Shown: piece after piece, positions 61,400 through 64,000 of the stretch | Position numbering within the stretch: the stretch's first letter is position 1 | Layout of the letters: each line of letters begins with the position of its first letter | Source of the DNA: Nannocystis bainbridge | GTDB lineage: Bacteria; Myxococcota_A; Polyangia; Nannocystales; Nannocystaceae | Direction: 5' to 3' | DNA length: 64,000 bases | Assembly: GCF_028368995.1 (NCBI RefSeq) | Contig: NZ_JAQNDL010000001.1 | Coordinates: forward strand, 768,001 to 832,000 | Translations under genes and position numbers: made by a program | Notes under the pieces: model-generated | Told to the model about the DNA's origin: nothing | What the model saw: only the letters and a program-made list of their open reading frames with translations | Databases searched by the model: none

Positions 61400-62548
61400 T
61401 CAGAACCGCAGCGCCCCGCCCACGAACTCCCACGCCGTCCGCCGCCCGCGACGGTGCTGCAGCGCGTCGACCACCAGCCCGCCCGCGGCCGTCGCCGCCA
61501 GGCCGAGGCCTGCGCCGATCAGGCCGAAGCCGGTCATGTAAAGCACCTCGCCGCGCTCGACCGCCTCGCCGACCCACGCCTCGGCCGCGTTGGCAGTGAC
61601 GAAGAAGGTCGTCCCGTAGGCCAGCGTCGCCACCCCCGCCCCGGCCACCGCGCCGCCGGCGATCGCCTCGGCCGTCCACAGCCGGCGCCGCACCCCCTCG
61701 TCGCGCGCCAGCCCCGTCAATCCTGCCACCAACACCCCCGCGCCGAGCCCCAGCGCCACCGCCCCACCGCCGCCCCGCTCGGTCCAGATCGCCAGCGGAC
61801 GCCGGCAGCCGGCCGCGCTCGCGCCTGTCCCGCAGGACATGTCCTGCAGGACATTGTCGGCACCGCGCAGGCTGATCGCCGTGACCGCCGCCCCGCTGAC
61901 GATCCCCGCCCCGCCGATCAGCGGCGTGGCGATCGCCCACGAGCGCCGGCGCCGACGCTCGTCCGGCGCGCCCTCGGTCGCCCGCGGCAGCCGCGTCATG
62001 TCGGCCGCCAGCGTCGTCGCCTGGCCCTTCGCGCTGGTCACCTCGAGCCGCGCCTCCGCGAAGCCCGGGCGGGCGATCGTCACCACCCAGCGGCCCGGAT
62101 CGAGCACCAGGGTCGCCGCGCCGCCCTCGAGCAATTCGTCCCAGCGCGCCCGCAGCGTCAGCGCCTCGCCGTCGCCGTCGCGACGGGCCGTCAGCGTCAG
62201 CGCCTCGTCGGGGGCCACCGTCGGGTCGACCGCAAGATGCAGCGTGCCCGACTCGCGGACCGCCGACGCCGCCACCAGCTCGGCCACGTTGCGCGCGGTC
62301 CGATCTCGAGCTGCCCGCAAGGCCAGGTAACGCCGCGCCGCCAGCCGCGCGTGCGCCATGCGCCCCGCCTGCAACCACGCCTGGCTCGCCAGCAGCAGCC
62401 CCTGCGGGTGCCCCCCCGCGCGGAAGCAGGCCTCGCCGCGCCGCGCCGCGCCCTCGACCTGCCCGCGCCCCAGCGCCTCGCCGGCCGCGCGCACGCAGTC
62501 GGGCGCCGGCACCAGGACCATCCACAACGACAGCCCGAGCGCGCTCAC
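61400..62548 (-). CDS. Hypothetical TPR/PEGA-like membrane protein
   Basis: GTGA overlap with the upstream gene; helical N-terminus, LDPGRWVVTIARPGF, C-terminal TM helices, ends GGALRF. Confidence 0.65.
   Translation of the reverse strand: MSALGLSLWMVLVPAPDCVRAAGEALGRGQVEGAARRGEACFRAGGHPQGLLLASQAWLQAGRMAHARLAARRYLALRAARDRTARNVAELVAASAVRESGTLHLAVDPTVAPDEALTLTARRDGDGEALTLRARWDELLEGGAATLVLDPGRWVVTIARPGFAEARLEVTSAKGQATTLAADMTRLPRATEGAPDERRRRRSWAIATPLIGGAGIVSGAAVTAISLRGADNVLQDMSCGTGASAAGCRRPLAIWTERGGGGAVALGLGAGVLVAGLTGLARDEGVRRRLWTAEAIAGGAVAGAGVATLAYGTTFFVTANAAEAWVGEAVERGEVLYMTGFGLIGAGLGLAATAAGGLVVDALQHRRGRRTAWEFVGGALRF
61821..61858. repeat. 14-bp-period array inside CDS
   Basis: TGTCCCGCAGGACA TGTCCTGCAGGACA; cores at 61824, 61838, 61852. 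Confidence 0.85.
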
Positions 62549-63630
62549 TGGATCTCCAGCCGCAACGGCACCACCAGCTGCGCCTGCGGCCCCGGCAAGA
62601 ACCGCGACTTCCCCAGCTCGTCCGCCACGCAGGCCCGCGCCGCCGCCGGCACCGCCCCATCGCCCGCCCGCACGCTCGCCCGCACGACCTCGCCCCCGCT
62701 CGCCACCACCAGGCTGCCGGTCAGCGCGGTGCGCCGACCGACGCCGATCGTGACATGCCCCAAGAGACAGGCCAATATTCGCGGCTCGGCCATCAGCGCC
62801 CGCGCCTGCCCGGCGATCTTGCGCCGCCGCTCGGCCGCCTCGCCATCGGCCTGCGCCACCGGCACCCACAACGACCCCGCGCCGCTCGCGTCACCGGCCG
62901 CCGCTTGCGAGTCCGCCGGAGCATCCGCCGGACCCGCTTCTGCCGCACGCCACCCGCCGTCACCCGCCGCGGAAACGTCACCAGCCCCCGGAGCTCCGCC
63001 CTCGACGGCACTCGCAGCCTCACCCTCGACAGCTTCAGCGCCGGGCCCCGCAGCCCCCCGCGCCTCGACACCGACCGCCCCCGCAGCGCCGCGCTCCTCG
63101 CCACCGACCGCTCCGCGGCCCTCCGCATCGGGCCCCCGCTCCTCGCCGTCCCGCGGGCCCGCCTCCGCACCTGGCGTTTCGGACATGCGCGAAACGACAT
63201 AAACCATCGCACATGTCCCGACGACCATGGCCCCGAGGACAGCCATTCGAAGGCCCGGGGCGAACGATCGCCGCGCCTGCGAGCCGGCGCGCGCCACCGC
63301 GGCCGAGAACCCTGGCGTTCGGCCCTGCGTCGTCGACCCCGTCGTCCGTGGCGCCTCGCGGATCGTCGACATCCCCGCGTCGCTGTCGCCCGCCGCCGGC
63401 TCGCGCGGAGCTAGATCTCGCGGGGCCCGGAGCATCGCCGCCGCGACCGCCCCTGCATCCGCCTCGCCGTCGCCCGCGCCGACCCCACGCCTCGCCGGAG
63501 CTCTCGCACGCGCGCCCGCCTCGCCCGCCTCATGCGCCGCCGCGCCGTCGTCTTCGTCGGCGCCCGCAACGGGTCCGCGCGTCGTCTCACCGGTCGTCGC
63601 GCTGCTCGTGCTGTCTCGCCACTCGGGCAT
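62545..63630 (-). CDS. Single-pass membrane protein with TonB-C/AgmX-like C-terminal domain
   Basis: Low-complexity N-terminus, one TM helix, C-terminal ACL...SGGEVVRASV...ACVADEL...VVPLRL. Confidence 0.6.
   Translation of the reverse strand: MPEWRDSTSSATTGETTRGPVAGADEDDGAAAHEAGEAGARARAPARRGVGAGDGEADAGAVAAAMLRAPRDLAPREPAAGDSDAGMSTIREAPRTTGSTTQGRTPGFSAAVARAGSQARRSFAPGLRMAVLGAMVVGTCAMVYVVSRMSETPGAEAGPRDGEERGPDAEGRGAVGGEERGAAGAVGVEARGAAGPGAEAVEGEAASAVEGGAPGAGDVSAAGDGGWRAAEAGPADAPADSQAAAGDASGAGSLWVPVAQADGEAAERRRKIAGQARALMAEPRILACLLGHVTIGVGRRTALTGSLVVASGGEVVRASVRAGDGAVPAAARACVADELGKSRFLPGPQAQLVVPLRLEIQ
63181..63246. repeat. 14-bp-period array overlapping the TM helix coding region
   Basis: Cores at 63184, 63198, 63212, 63226, 63240. 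Confidence 0.8.
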
Positions 63631-63711
63631 CGTGCCGAATATACACGCCCGGCGAGCGGGGCGCGCGCAGGCGCGCATCGCGGCATTTGCTGCTACCCTC
63701 CGCGCCGCGAA

Positions 63712-64000
63712 ATGCCCGTCGAGCTCCACTTCGATCACGGCACGCTCATCATCCTCGGGGTCCCCGACGGTGACGCGCGGTTGGCTGCGCTCGTGAGCCT
63801 CGACAAGCGCACTGGCACGCATCGGGCACCTGCCCACCGATACCGCGCCATCGTCTCGCATCTCCACAACGCCCACATTCCTTACGTCGACAAAGCTCGC
63901 ATCTACGATCGCCTCGACCTCGCGCTGTCGGGCCCGCTCGATCCCTTCCCGCACCAGCGCGACGCTCTCGCTGCGTGGCGGGCCGCCGGGGGCGTCGGCG
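63712..64000 (+). CDS. XPB/Rad25-like DEAD/DEAH helicase (N-terminal part, truncated by window end)
   Basis: Manual translation: MPVELHFDHGTLII...DKRTGTHRAPAHRY...PFPHQRDALAAWRAAGGVG (damage-recognition-like domain and Q motif). Confidence 0.8.
   Translation, partial: MPVELHFDHGTLIILGVPDGDARLAALVSLDKRTGTHRAPAHRYRAIVSHLHNAHIPYVDKARIYDRLDLALSGPLDPFPHQRDALAAWRAAGGVG

Overview
Very GC-rich chromosomal window from a myxobacterium, most likely Nannocystaceae. This is inferred from MYXO-CTERM-type and CFI-box proteins, many Thr/Asp-rich lipoproteins, eukaryote-like Ser/Thr kinases and a sterol cyclopropyl isomerase homolog. About 50 real CDSs are supported; most other ORFs in the track are GC-rich shadows. 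Housekeeping genes include ilvE, gloA, nth, sppA, cysD, cysNC and an XPB-like helicase. No rRNA, tRNA, CRISPR array or transposase was seen. Two observations stand out. (1) A dispersed palindromic DNA motif, TGTCC-N4-GGACA, is tiled in exact 14-bp phase in arrays of up to 7 units. By eye it occurs at roughly 40 loci: just after stop codons, over start codons and inside coding sequences. (2) A two-gene operon encodes a LysM/peptidoglycan-binding protein and a 1032-aa protein combining putative ADP-ribosyltransferase motifs with a C-terminal OTU deubiquitinase-like domain, a candidate anti-eukaryote effector. All calls come from motif recognition; no database search was run.
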